The notes under the pieces were generated by a model. It did no database searches and was not told the DNA's origin. It was given only the letters and a program-made list of their open reading frames with translations. Source: Methanobrevibacter sp. (GTDB lineage Archaea; Methanobacteriota; Methanobacteria; Methanobacteriales; Methanobacteriaceae). From it: a DNA stretch of 64,000 nucleotides. Shown one piece after another: positions 1 through 10,486 of this stretch. The DNA is taken from contig NZ_JBGULU010000036.1 of NCBI RefSeq assembly GCF_045116495.1, forward strand, positions 1,026 to 65,025, read 5' to 3'. Position 1 is the stretch's first letter; each line of letters begins with the position of its first letter. The position numbers and the translations under genes were made by a program.

Positions 1-1
1 A

Positions 2-1009
2 TACGAAGCAATAGGTCATAACGGATGTAAGATTCCTCTCTTTAAAACACTCCTGACAAACAAATGCAAAAACGACTGTAAGTATTGCATAAACCAGTCA
101 AAAAGAAACTTCACAAGACTTGAGCTAACCCCGGAAGAGCTTGCAAAGGCATTTCTTGGATATTACAATAGAGGACTGGTAAACGGATTATTTTTAAGTT
201 CAGGGATTTCAGGAGATGTAGACTCTACAATGGAAAAGCAGATAGAAACAGTTCATCTACTGAGAAACAAATATGGTTATGATGATTATATACATCTTAA
301 AGTTGTGCCTGGAGCAAGCAAGGATTCCATTACAAGGGCAATGGCACTGGCAAATAGGGTAAGCATAAACATTGAAGCCGCTACACCTTCAGGCCTAGCT
401 GAACTATCATCTACTAAGGATTACAATAAAGATATATTGAAAAGGCTTTCCTGGATTAATTCTCTACAGCATAAAAGCACAACATATCCAAATTCTACCC
501 ATACTACACAGCTGATTGTAGGTGCAAACGGTGAAAGTGATAAGGAAATATTGAGTAGAATGGAAAAAATATACAAAAAATCTGATTTAAAAAGAACATA
601 TTTCTCGGCATTTACACCAATTGCAGAAACTGAACTGGACAATAAGGAAGCATGCTCCACAGATAGAACTGCAAAATTATATAATGCAGACAGTCTGCTT
701 AACGATTATCATTATAAGGTAAAGGAATTGGTATTTGATGAAAATGATAAGCTGTCACTTACTCAGGATCCAAAAATTTTAGCTGCAAAAAATATGGACA
801 TATTCCCTGTAGAAATTAACAGTGCACCATTTGTTGAACTGATTAGGGTTCCCGGCATCGGTGTTAAATCTGCAAGAAAAATAATTTCTATTCGAAAAAA
901 ATTACCATTTTCAAATAAAGAACAGCTGAAAAAATTAGGCGTTGTAGTGGATAGGGCAGAACCATACATTAAAATAAGCGGACAATATCAAACTACTTTT
1001 GATTTATAG
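2..1009 (+). CDS. Radical SAM protein with C-terminal helix-hairpin-helix (putative DNA modification/repair family); 5' end truncated by window
   Basis: Frame is open from base 2 (YEAIGHNGCKIPLFKTLLTNKCKNDCKYC, a CxxxCxxC motif) into the 230..1009 ORF; C-terminal HhH 'LIRVPGIGVKSARKI'. Confidence 0.85.
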   Translation, partial: YEAIGHNGCKIPLFKTLLTNKCKNDCKYCINQSKRNFTRLELTPEELAKAFLGYYNRGLVNGLFLSSGISGDVDSTMEKQIETVHLLRNKYGYDDYIHLKVVPGASKDSITRAMALANRVSINIEAATPSGLAELSSTKDYNKDILKRLSWINSLQHKSTTYPNSTHTTQLIVGANGESDKEILSRMEKIYKKSDLKRTYFSAFTPIAETELDNKEACSTDRTAKLYNADSLLNDYHYKVKELVFDENDKLSLTQDPKILAAKNMDIFPVEINSAPFVELIRVPGIGVKSARKIISIRKKLPFSNKEQLKKLGVVVDRAEPYIKISGQYQTTFDL

Positions 1010-1194
1010 CATTTAACTATAATTATTCTGCATATAAAAGAATTTATTTTCAAAAGAAAAATTGCACATTTGACAATATTAATAGAAAAAATTTGATTAC
1101 AATATATTTTTAAAATAATATATTGACTACAATTTTTTGTTAAATATAATCTAAAATATATCAAAAATTGGCAAATATAAAAAAAATAGATTAA

Positions 1195-1749
1195 TTAGTA
1201 ATCATCGAACAATTCCCATATTTCGGGATATTTTTTAGAAACTGCTTCATCAATCAAGGTAGAAGCTTCCTTAGAAATACTGAATTCCGGTTCGGTTTTA
1301 CGCAGATACCTGAATACCGCAGAAGATCTAGCAGACCAAAGAGTGATTCTTGGATTCTTATCGACAATTTCTTTAACTTCCTCTATATGAGAAGGGTCTA
1401 CTTGTATTTTTTGTGAAGTTTGTACGCTGTCTTCACCGCCGTTATCGCCAGATATGCTTTCGGATGTTTCACCATCCTCTTCAGGTTCTTCGCTTGGGAG
1501 TTCTTCCGGTGCCTCTTCTTCATTTTCTTCATCTCCAGTGGAAGTTGAATCAACTTTTTTACCGCTTTCTTCCTCTAGTTCTTCGAATATATTTTTTTTC
1601 TCTTCACTAGATTTTTCTTCATCAGGAGTTTTCTCTTCAATATCATTTAACATATCTTCAAGAGATTGGGTAGAATTACTGTCGAAATCTTCATCATAAA
1701 AATTAGGGATTAAAGAATCTAATCCTTTTCCAAGGCCTTTCTTTGGCAT
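1195..1749 (-). CDS. Putative ParA partner / centromere-binding protein (ParB-like N-terminal peptide, acidic linker, RHH-like C-terminus)
   Basis: N-terminus MPKKGLGKGLDSLIP resembles the Spo0J/ParB ParA-activating peptide; start abuts the parA stop; C-terminal strand-helix-helix pattern. Confidence 0.65.
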   Translation of the reverse strand: MPKKGLGKGLDSLIPNFYDEDFDSNSTQSLEDMLNDIEEKTPDEEKSSEEKKNIFEELEEESGKKVDSTSTGDEENEEEAPEELPSEEPEEDGETSESISGDNGGEDSVQTSQKIQVDPSHIEEVKEIVDKNPRITLWSARSSAVFRYLRKTEPEFSISKEASTLIDEAVSKKYPEIWELFDDY

Positions 1750-2529
1750 TTATTGGTCCTCCTCATCTCTTTTTAAAATTTCTTTAGCTAATTTAAGATA
1801 TGCTTTTGTACCAGTACTGTCAGGATCATAAATTAAGCAAGGTTTACCGAAACTTGGTGCCTCTGCCAACCTGATATTTCTAGGTATAATAGTTTTAAAA
1901 AGTAAATTTGATTCAGCGAAATGATTTTTAAGTTCCTTGTGAACATCTTTACTGAGTCTGGTTCTCTTATCATAGAGTGTGAGGAGAATTCCTTTGATTG
2001 GAGTAGGGCTTCTGAGTCTTTTTTCGACTAATTTAATTGTATTAATTAAATCAGCGACACCTTCTAATGCGTAATACTCAGCTTGGATAGGTATTAAAAC
2101 ACTATCTGAAGCTACTAATGCATTGACAGTAAGTACGCCAAGGGAAGGAGGTAAATCAATGAATATATAATCAAATAATGGGACAACATCTTTTAGAGTC
2201 TCTTTCAATATTATGTGATAGTTTTCACGTTGAGAAAGCTCCATGCTAGCACCACTAAGGGATATATTACTTGGGATAATAAACAAATTTTTAATAAACG
2301 TAGGAATTGTTGCTTTTTTTACATTTATATCCCCTATGATAGCTTCATAGATAGAATTTTCCACTTTAGTCTTATCAATCCCAAAACTAGTTGTCGCATT
2401 AGCCTGAGGATCCATGTCTACAACTAAAACAGATTTTCCCATTACCGCTAGGGATGTCGCAGTATTTACAACAGTAGTTGTTTTCCCGCAGCCCCCTTTT
2501 TGATTCATCACCGCAATTACTTCACTCAT
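1750..2529 (-). CDS. parA: ParA/Soj-family chromosome partitioning ATPase
   Basis: Deviant Walker A NQKGGCGKTT, DMDPQANAT, IDLPPSLG, IPRNIRLAEAPSFG, all typical of Soj. Confidence 0.92.
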   Translation of the reverse strand: MSEVIAVMNQKGGCGKTTTVVNTATSLAVMGKSVLVVDMDPQANATTSFGIDKTKVENSIYEAIIGDINVKKATIPTFIKNLFIIPSNISLSGASMELSQRENYHIILKETLKDVVPLFDYIFIDLPPSLGVLTVNALVASDSVLIPIQAEYYALEGVADLINTIKLVEKRLRSPTPIKGILLTLYDKRTRLSKDVHKELKNHFAESNLLFKTIIPRNIRLAEAPSFGKPCLIYDPDSTGTKAYLKLAKEILKRDEEDQ

Positions 2530-2545
2530 TAGAATTCTCCTATTG

Positions 2546-2911
2546 TAAGTTTTAAGTTATCCGTTATGAGTAATAACTTAAAAAGTTTCAGGTTTAAAGA
2601 ATAACAAATAAGTTATTCAGTATAAGTTAAAAGGATTAAGTTATTACTTCTAAATGAAAACTTAAGGGAAATAACTTCTAAGTTCTAACTTCTAAGGGAT
2701 AGGAATTAAGTTTTAAGTTAAAACTTTGAAGTTATAAAAAATAAGTTTTAAGAAATAACTTATCATAACTAACTTTTAACAAATAAGTTATATTTTATAA
2801 CTTCTTCCTTATAAAGTATTTGTTTTCACATATAAGTTAACACTTAACAGTTAAAAATTATTAGTTATAAGTTATAAGAATAAAAAATTATAAGTTATAA
2901 CTTATAAGTAA
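2546..2911. repeat. Phased array of degenerate 7-bp units, consensus TAA(G/C)TTA, upstream of parA (candidate centromere/operator)
   Basis: Good units at 2546, 2553, 2574, 2609, 2623, 2637, 2672, 2679, 2686, 2707, 2714, 2742, 2756, 2770, 2784, 2798, 2833, 2868, all in one 7-bp register; second register at 2891, 2898, 2905. Confidence 0.85.
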
Positions 2912-2939
2912 AAATATTCAAAAAAAATAATAAGAAGGA

Positions 2940-4241
2940 TTATTTAGCATTTTGCATAGTTCCTTCAAAATAGCTAGCATATCCTTTTAAATCCAACATT
3001 CCATGACCTGAGAAGTTCATGACAATAGTTTTCTCTTCACCGGTTTGTTTGCATTTAAGAGCTTCATCAATTGCAACTTTGATAGCGTGAGTGGTTTCAG
3101 GAGCAGGTACAATTCCCTGATTACGTGCAAAAGTGATTCCTGCATTGAAACAGTCAACTTGATGAGCAGATCTAGGTTCTATGAAACCTTCTTTGGTTAA
3201 AAGTGAAACAATAGGTGACATTCCATGGTATCTTAAACCTCCTGCATGAACTGAAGGAGCAACAAAGTCATGACCTAGGGTAAACATCTTAAGCATAGGA
3301 GTGAATTCATTGGTATCTCCAAAGTCATATTCATAGGATCCTTCTGTTAGAGTAGGACAAGCACTAGGTTCTACAGCAATGAATTGGGTATCGGAATTTC
3401 CATCTATTTTATCTTTAATGAATGGGAATAATGAACCAGCTAAATTACTTCCTCCGCCTGCACATGCTATCATGACATCAGGTTCCTCTTCAGCAATTTC
3501 TAGCTGAGTCTTCATTTCCTGACCGATGACAGTCTGATGTAACATTACATGGTTTAAAACACTTCCAAGAGAGTATTTGACATTGTCATTTTCTAGAGCC
3601 TCTTCCATGGCCTCGGAAATAGCTACACCAAGAGAACCCGGATGATCTGGATTTTCAGCTAAAATTCCACGGCCTACCTTGGTATTTTCACTAGGGGATG
3701 CAAAAACGTTACTGTCATAAATGCTCATGATATTTTTTCTGTCAGGTTTTTGGTTAAAAGAAACCTTAACCATATATACAGTACATTCTATATCAAGGAG
3801 GTTACACGCCAGTGATAAAGCAGTACCCCACTGGCCTGCACCTGTTTCGGTGGTTAATCTTTCAACACCCTCTTTTTTAGCAAAATATGCCTGAGGGATT
3901 GCAGAGTTCAACTTATGGGAACCGGTAGGGGAAGAATCTTCCCTTTTAAAGTAAATTTTAGCAGGAGTATTTAAATATTCTTCCAATTTATTTGCCCTTA
4001 CTAATGGAGAAGGTCTACCCATTTCCATATATAATTCTCTTACTTCTTTTGGAATACTTATATAACGATCACTTGCAAATTCTTGTTCTAAAGCTGCTTT
4101 GGTAAAAGCGATCTGTAAGGATGATAATTGATCTTTTCCTTCACTGTTTTTAGGTGCAGGAAGTTCAACAGGTAAATCTGCAAGCATATTATACCATTGC
4201 TTTGGCACTTCATCTGATGATAATTCAATTTTGTATGTCAT
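2940..4241 (-). CDS. trpB: TrpB2-type tryptophan synthase beta-like PLP enzyme
   Basis: SPTGSHKLN (PLP lysine), TETGAGQWG, HAGGLRYHG; no adjacent trpA. Confidence 0.9.
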   Translation of the reverse strand: MTYKIELSSDEVPKQWYNMLADLPVELPAPKNSEGKDQLSSLQIAFTKAALEQEFASDRYISIPKEVRELYMEMGRPSPLVRANKLEEYLNTPAKIYFKREDSSPTGSHKLNSAIPQAYFAKKEGVERLTTETGAGQWGTALSLACNLLDIECTVYMVKVSFNQKPDRKNIMSIYDSNVFASPSENTKVGRGILAENPDHPGSLGVAISEAMEEALENDNVKYSLGSVLNHVMLHQTVIGQEMKTQLEIAEEEPDVMIACAGGGSNLAGSLFPFIKDKIDGNSDTQFIAVEPSACPTLTEGSYEYDFGDTNEFTPMLKMFTLGHDFVAPSVHAGGLRYHGMSPIVSLLTKEGFIEPRSAHQVDCFNAGITFARNQGIVPAPETTHAIKVAIDEALKCKQTGEEKTIVMNFSGHGMLDLKGYASYFEGTMQNAK

Positions 4242-4332
4242 ATATAATAATTAATTAAATGTACTATTTAAAGCTTTGTTGTACAAAAATGTACACTTTA
4301 ATTATTAATAATATAAAAAACAATCTAAAACT

Positions 4333-5364
4333 ATGAGAATTTTAGCTATTGATGTCGGAACCGGAACACAGGATATAATGATATATGACACTGAAAAGGA
4401 ACTGGAAAATTCTATAAAACTGGTCCTGCCTTCACCACACCTGTATATATCCCAAAAAATAAGGGAAATAGAAAATGACATATATTTCAATGGGGAAATA
4501 ATGGGTGGGGGAAAAATCAAAAAAACCCTCCTGGAACATATGGAGAAAGGATATAAAGTTGTTATGGAACCACTTTGTGCAAAAACAATCCGGGACAACA
4601 TAGAACAGGTAAAAGCAATAGGAATTGAAATAGCTGATGAAACTAAAGACTATAAGGATTACACAAAAATAACCCTTGGAGACATCAACATTACAAAATT
4701 ATCAGAATTTCTTTTAGGCTATGATTTGGAATTTGACTTTGATAAAATAGCTATTGCGGTTCAGGATCATGGATATAATGAAAATATGGGTGACAGGGAC
4801 TTCAGATTTGAAAAAATAAGAGAAAAAGTATCACATCCTATTTCACCATTGGAATTCGGTTTCAAAAATGAGGTTCCGGAATATTTCACAAGAATGCAGG
4901 CAGTCAGAAGACAGGTCAGAAGCGAAGGAATTGAAGAGGAACCACTTGTAATGGATACGAAATTTGCTTCAATAGCTGGAATGTGTTTTGATGAAGTTGC
5001 CAAACAGCTTGACAGTTACATTGTAATCGATATAGGAAACGGCCATACCACAGCTGCATCAATAGAAAACGGGAAAATCCAGGGAGTGTTTGAACATCAC
5101 ACATCAAGCCTTACCGGAGAATCTCTTGAAAGATACATCAGACGTTTGGCATCCGGTGAAATCACTCATGAAGAGGTTCATGAAGATTTCGGCCATGGCG
5201 CACATGTATTAAATCCTATATCAGAAATTGAAAAGGTCATTGTCAGTGGACCAAAAAGAGAACTTATTGAAAAAACAAATCTGGACTGGCATCACGCAGC
5301 TCCTGGAGGAGATGTGATGATGACAGGTACTGTCGGTTTGATAAAAACAGCTTTAGGAAGATAA
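4333..5364 (+). CDS. DUF1786-family protein (actin-like/ASKHA fold)
   Basis: ILAIDVGTGTQDI, AVQDHG, DIGNGHT, FEHHT motifs. Confidence 0.75.
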   Translation: MRILAIDVGTGTQDIMIYDTEKELENSIKLVLPSPHLYISQKIREIENDIYFNGEIMGGGKIKKTLLEHMEKGYKVVMEPLCAKTIRDNIEQVKAIGIEIADETKDYKDYTKITLGDINITKLSEFLLGYDLEFDFDKIAIAVQDHGYNENMGDRDFRFEKIREKVSHPISPLEFGFKNEVPEYFTRMQAVRRQVRSEGIEEEPLVMDTKFASIAGMCFDEVAKQLDSYIVIDIGNGHTTAASIENGKIQGVFEHHTSSLTGESLERYIRRLASGEITHEEVHEDFGHGAHVLNPISEIEKVIVSGPKRELIEKTNLDWHHAAPGGDVMMTGTVGLIKTALGR

Positions 5365-5365
5365 T

Positions 5366-6025
5366 ATGCTTAAAATGGATTCCCACATTCACAGTGAATA
5401 CTCACCTGATTCACATTCGAAAATAGATGATATACTAAAAGTTGCAAAAAATGAAAACATTGACATTATTGCCATAAGCGATCACAATACCGTTGATGGA
5501 ACCAGCGAAGTTATGCAAAAAACAAGGAATACAGATATACTTGCCATACCATCTATAGAAATTTCATCAAGTGAAGGCCATATTCTTGGTTTTGGGTGTG
5601 AGGAAAACATACCTCGTGACTTATCACCTGAAGATACTATTGACAGAATTCATGATTTAGGAGGCCTTGCAATTATACCACACCCATACTGTTTTTACAG
5701 ACACGGCCTTCTTCACAAAACCGACTATAAAAATTTAAAGATAGATGCCATCGAGACAAAAAACGCCAGATTCATAGTAGGATATTGTAATGGTAAAGCA
5801 AAAAAATTATCAAAAACTGAACAAATTTCAGAATTGGGTGCGAGTGATGCCCACTATTATAAATTTGTTGGTGACTGCTACAGTTTAGTCGATTGTGAAA
5901 AAGATATTGACAGCGTTATGAAGGCAATAAAAAAAGGAAATACAAAAGCCTGCGGAAAGGGAACATCAAATATCCTACTTTCCAAATATCTATTTGAAAA
6001 AAATGTATTAAAGAAATTTGATTAA
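5366..6025 (+). CDS. PHP-domain metal-dependent phosphoesterase
   Basis: DSHIHSEYS, AISDHN, PHP, GASDAH motifs. Confidence 0.88.
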   Translation: MLKMDSHIHSEYSPDSHSKIDDILKVAKNENIDIIAISDHNTVDGTSEVMQKTRNTDILAIPSIEISSSEGHILGFGCEENIPRDLSPEDTIDRIHDLGGLAIIPHPYCFYRHGLLHKTDYKNLKIDAIETKNARFIVGYCNGKAKKLSKTEQISELGASDAHYYKFVGDCYSLVDCEKDIDSVMKAIKKGNTKACGKGTSNILLSKYLFEKNVLKKFD

Positions 6026-6031
6026 AAAGAG

Positions 6032-6307
6032 CTATTCACTCTTTTCAATTAAAATTTCTATTATGGAGACGTTGGTTTTTTCACTGTTATAATTCTCTAT
6101 TTCTTCGGTTGAAATTTGAATATCAGTAACGTCGGAATCAGGTACAAATCTGTTTCTTACAATTTCAGCAGTGTCAACAGCTCTGCTAATAGCTTTTCCT
6201 CTAGCTCTAAGTAAAACACTATCGGAACCTTCGTTGAATTGTGTTACCACAGCTAAAACGTAATTCATAACAGGTTTGCTACCAACAAAAATTGTATTAC
6301 TTTCCAT
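6032..6307 (-). CDS. albA: DNA/RNA-binding protein Alba
   Basis: [27 protein letters not shown]. Confidence 0.93.
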   Translation of the reverse strand: MESNTIFVGSKPVMNYVLAVVTQFNEGSDSVLLRARGKAISRAVDTAEIVRNRFVPDSDVTDIQISTEEIENYNSEKTNVSIIEILIEKSE

Positions 6308-6531
6308 TTAATTCACCAATTAAATTATTAGTAATCCAATGTATATAAAATTTTACATAAATTTAAAAAATTATATTAAACAAATAAGAATTTTTTGATT
6401 AAAAATTGATAATAATAATATAATTATTTAATTTTGATAAAAAAAAATGATAAAATTGGGAAAAAATTGAATAAATCCAAAAAAATAAGAAAAAAATAAA
6501 AATTTAACTAAGATTTTAAAAAAAAATTAAA

Positions 6532-8064
6532 CTACTGTGCTCTTTGTATTAGCAATAATTTGTTGATAGAATCCAACACCGCAAGTATACTTGCCATGAC
6601 AATATCCTGATTGGTTGATCTTCCGGTCGATTTGTTGCCGTGTGAATCAGAACTGATAACAAATACCTCCGCTAATGCATCAGTACCGCCTGTAATAGCT
6701 TCCAGATTATATTCTTCAAGTTCAATATCCATAGTTCCCTGAATGAGTTGTCTGATAGCGTTTAAAGCGGCATCAACTGGACCTACACCAGTACTTGCAG
6801 TTTCACTTTCCTCACCATCAATTTCCAACTTTACAGTAGCGGTAGGGGAAACGTTAGCACCCATGGAAATGCTTAAGCCTTTAATGACAATTGGTGTTTC
6901 ACGTGCTGAGGAAAGCTCGGTAATAGCTATAGCAATCAAATCATCATCAGTGACGCATTTTCCGCTATCGCCTAAAGATTTTATCTCATCAAAAACCTTA
7001 CAGAACTGTTCTTCATTTAAATCAATGTGATATTCCTTGAGTTTTGACTTCAATGAATTGGCACCAGTATGTTTTCCCAAAACTATCCTTCGTGAATGGC
7101 CAACCATCTCAGGAGACATCGGTTCATAAGTAGAAGAATTGTTTAAGATTCCATGAACATGAATACCGGACTCGTGGGCGAATGCATTGTCGCCTACAAT
7201 AGGCTTGTTGACAGGCATTTTAACACCGGTAAAACGACCGACGAGATTGGATAAACTGTACAGTCTTGTAGTATCAAGACCCAAATCAATGCCATAGGCA
7301 ACTTTAAGAGTAACGACAAGCTCTTCAAGTGAACAGTTCCCTGTTCTTTCACCTAATCCGTTGACAGTAACGTGAGCCTGATTTGCACCACATTCAATAG
7401 CTGTCAGAGTATTGGCAGTTGCAAGTCCAAAATCATTGTGAAAATGAACACTGACTGGAGTTTTGAAATTGTTTTTAATGTCTGTAATAAGTTCGCGTGT
7501 CAAAACAGGTGTAAGGATACCAACAGTGTCCGGAACATCCAAAAAGTCAGCTTTGGCGCAAACAACTTCCCTGTAAACATCAAACAAAAAGTCTCTTTCA
7601 GTTCTTGTAGCATCTTCAGCAGAAAACTCTACAGTAAGGCCATGGTCTTTTGCATATTCAACGGCGCCAACGGCTGTTTCGATAATTTTGTCCTTATCCA
7701 TCTTAAGCTTATAATCTCGATGCAAGGGGGAAGTGCCTATAAAAGTATGGACATATTCCAAATCGGCATCCAAAACGGCATCAATATCATTTTTTAGTGA
7801 ACGTGCCAATCCGACAAGAGTTGAATCCAAATCCATTGATCTTATCTTTTTGGCGGATTCCACTTCACCTTTAGATGATGCCGGGAAGCCAACCTCAATC
7901 TTATCGACACCTAAATTATTGAGCTTTTGAGCAATCTGAATCTTTTCATCGACTGTAAGGGCAACACCTGGTGTTTGCTCACCATCCCTTAATGTTGTAT
8001 CGAAAATATAAATCTTTTCGGCTAAATTCATATTTTCATTTTTGAGACTTTCCATTTCATTCAT
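6532..8064 (-). CDS. leuA: 2-isopropylmalate synthase (LeuA family)
   Basis: DTTLRDGEQTPG, HTFIGTS, HFHND, GLGERTGN, C-terminal regulatory domain with GPVDA. Confidence 0.8.
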   Translation of the reverse strand: MNEMESLKNENMNLAEKIYIFDTTLRDGEQTPGVALTVDEKIQIAQKLNNLGVDKIEVGFPASSKGEVESAKKIRSMDLDSTLVGLARSLKNDIDAVLDADLEYVHTFIGTSPLHRDYKLKMDKDKIIETAVGAVEYAKDHGLTVEFSAEDATRTERDFLFDVYREVVCAKADFLDVPDTVGILTPVLTRELITDIKNNFKTPVSVHFHNDFGLATANTLTAIECGANQAHVTVNGLGERTGNCSLEELVVTLKVAYGIDLGLDTTRLYSLSNLVGRFTGVKMPVNKPIVGDNAFAHESGIHVHGILNNSSTYEPMSPEMVGHSRRIVLGKHTGANSLKSKLKEYHIDLNEEQFCKVFDEIKSLGDSGKCVTDDDLIAIAITELSSARETPIVIKGLSISMGANVSPTATVKLEIDGEESETASTGVGPVDAALNAIRQLIQGTMDIELEEYNLEAITGGTDALAEVFVISSDSHGNKSTGRSTNQDIVMASILAVLDSINKLLLIQRAQ

Positions 8065-8118
8065 AATATTACTTCCACCTTAAAATAAATAAATTTATTT
8101 AAAAGTAAAAGGTAAAAA

Positions 8119-9321
8119 TCATTTTCTACCCCTTACCTTTTTAACAATGACAATAGCTAGAACAATTAAAATTATCAGAACGCCAAGGGAATAATACAAT
8201 TGCATTGATAAAGGAACTTCATATTTGTTGATGTTAAGGGAATATGCATTTCCACCGTCATCAGCAAAAATCAAACTGTTGCCGTTGATAACAGGAGATG
8301 AAGTAATAGCTGAATTAAACAGAATTGTTCCGGGATTGTATGTAAACTCTTCAATGCCTGTGTATTTATTCAGAACATAAAGATAACCGTTATTACATCC
8401 AAATGCAATTAGATTGTCTTTAAGAGCAGCTGTTGAACGAACAGGACTTCCAATGGAATGACTCCACTTGACGGTTCCATCACGTGAGTCAAGACATGTC
8501 ATGTTACCCTCATCAGAACCTATGAAAATATTGTAATCATGTTCATCGGCGGTCGGGGAAGATATAGCTTTATTGTTTAAATCAACTTTCCAGTTTAAAT
8601 CACCGTTGGACTCATCTAAAGAGTATATGCTTCCGTCATTTGATGCAAAAACAACACTATCATTTACATAAGTAGGGGAAGATAAGATTTCATCACCTGT
8701 GGTAAATTCCCAATTTTTGTCCTTATCTGTACCAACAGAATATAATTTTCCGTTGGTTGAACCTATATAGATTGAATCGTCAACAACAATCGGGGATGAT
8801 TTGAGCTCGCCATCCAACTTTTTATCCAAAACCTCTTTACCATTCTTATCCAGTCCATACAAATGACCGTCATCACTTCCGAAATAAATATCATCCTTAT
8901 AGAAAAACGGAGTGGATTCAACATTGCCGCAGTCATAATCCCATTTCAATTCATGGCTGCTGATGTTTATAGCCTTAAGGCCCTCATCAGTTCCGATATA
9001 GAGAATATTAGAATGAATTATAGGAGATGAATTGGTTTTTGCTTTCAAATCAAAATCCCATTGCTCCTCACCGGTTTCCATATCGATGACTTTTAAAATT
9101 CCATCATTTGAAACTATATATACATAATCTTTGTAAATTGCAGGAGATGAATGAACAGGAGACGGCATATTGAATGTCCAAAGATTAGTTACAAAATCTG
9201 AACTTTCATCTCTGTAGGCAGTGTGATTAACATCTCCAGCAAAAGAATTCCAATCCTCTGCAGCTATTGGAGATAAACATAAAATACAAATAATTAACCC
9301 AATCAATACTTTCTTATACAT
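8119..9321 (-). CDS. Secreted, membrane-anchored PQQ-like beta-propeller protein
   Basis: Signal peptide (MYKKVLIGLII..), repeated SSP..IYIGS.DG.LY..W blades, C-terminal TM helix; ATG 9321 follows a GGAGG RBS. Confidence 0.85.
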   Translation of the reverse strand: MYKKVLIGLIICILCLSPIAAEDWNSFAGDVNHTAYRDESSDFVTNLWTFNMPSPVHSSPAIYKDYVYIVSNDGILKVIDMETGEEQWDFDLKAKTNSSPIIHSNILYIGTDEGLKAINISSHELKWDYDCGNVESTPFFYKDDIYFGSDDGHLYGLDKNGKEVLDKKLDGELKSSPIVVDDSIYIGSTNGKLYSVGTDKDKNWEFTTGDEILSSPTYVNDSVVFASNDGSIYSLDESNGDLNWKVDLNNKAISSPTADEHDYNIFIGSDEGNMTCLDSRDGTVKWSHSIGSPVRSTAALKDNLIAFGCNNGYLYVLNKYTGIEEFTYNPGTILFNSAITSSPVINGNSLIFADDGGNAYSLNINKYEVPLSMQLYYSLGVLIILIVLAIVIVKKVRGRK

Positions 9322-9331
9322 TTTAAACCTC

Positions 9332-10486
9332 CTATACATCTCTGTTAAATCTTTTAACTCCCACTATAAAGAACAATAATGTAAATCCTAAAAGAACAAC
9401 CAAATCGATCCATACATCACCTAAGGTTTGTCCTTTAAGCATTATTCCCCTCATAGCATCATTCAAGTAAGTCAATGGGAATATATATGCCAATTTCTGT
9501 AAAATCCATGGCATGGTCTCAATCGGATAGAATACACCTGAAACGAACATCATCGGCATTGAAAACGGAAGTGAAACCTGGGCATAATCTTCCTGAGTGG
9601 ATGTTCTTGCCGAAAGCATAATACCGAATCCAACGAAACACAGAGCACCAATCACCAAAACAATAAATGTTTGAAGAACTCCGCCTTTAATGCTGACATT
9701 AAATAATAATACAGCCATGAATATCAATATCAGAGCCCTTACCAATTCAATCAGTAATTTTGCTGCAATTTTTCCTCCGATAACAGTAGCAACTGAAGTT
9801 GGAGTCATGAACAGCCTGGCAAGTTCACCAGTTTCCCTTTCACCTGCTATTGTGGAACCCATTCCCATCATACAGCTCATCATTATTGTCATTCCCAAAA
9901 TTGCAGGAACCAAAAAGTCAATGTATTTGATGTTTCCATAAATCCTGTTGATATGAAGGCTAATGTCATCCTTGAAATTGTTCAATGAATGGCCCAAAGA
10001 AGGGGTTATGTTTGCATCCTGGGTGGAAACGCTAGTTTGTGAAGCAACCATGTTGGACAGCCTGTAGAATATACCTTGAGTGGATGATTCAATAATCTGT
10101 GATGCCATCTGATCGGACGAATCAATGTAAAGCGTTACACCCTTCTGTTGAGTCGAATTCGAATCATAATCCGGCGGCAGTATGATGGCTGCCTTAACCT
10201 CCCCCGAATCAACACGCTGTTTTCCATCGCTTAGACTGTCTATCACTTCAACAACATGATAGGTTTCTGTAGACTTGATTGTATCAAGAGTCAAATCGGT
10301 CAAATCACCGTCACTCTGTGAAACGACAACAATCGGAAGGTCTGTCATTTCTCCACCCATTCCATATCCAAAAAGCAGAATCATTATTATTGGAAATGCC
10401 AGAATGGATACTAATCTTGCAGGATGCCTTTTAAGAGAAATCAATTCCTTTTTAATCATCCACCAGAATTTATTAGGCTCTATCAT
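9332..10486 (-). CDS. ABC-2 type exporter permease
   Basis: Multiple TM segments, ERETGEL and SGVFYPIETMP motifs; start 10486 with GAGGTGA RBS. Confidence 0.88.
   Translation of the reverse strand: MIEPNKFWWMIKKELISLKRHPARLVSILAFPIIMILLFGYGMGGEMTDLPIVVVSQSDGDLTDLTLDTIKSTETYHVVEVIDSLSDGKQRVDSGEVKAAIILPPDYDSNSTQQKGVTLYIDSSDQMASQIIESSTQGIFYRLSNMVASQTSVSTQDANITPSLGHSLNNFKDDISLHINRIYGNIKYIDFLVPAILGMTIMMSCMMGMGSTIAGERETGELARLFMTPTSVATVIGGKIAAKLLIELVRALILIFMAVLLFNVSIKGGVLQTFIVLVIGALCFVGFGIMLSARTSTQEDYAQVSLPFSMPMMFVSGVFYPIETMPWILQKLAYIFPLTYLNDAMRGIMLKGQTLGDVWIDLVVLLGFTLLFFIVGVKRFNRDV

Noticed and set aside
2546..2911. Heptad array as a CRISPR array or small ORF
   Set aside because: No 25-40 bp repeats with unique spacers, no cas genes, and rich in stop codons.
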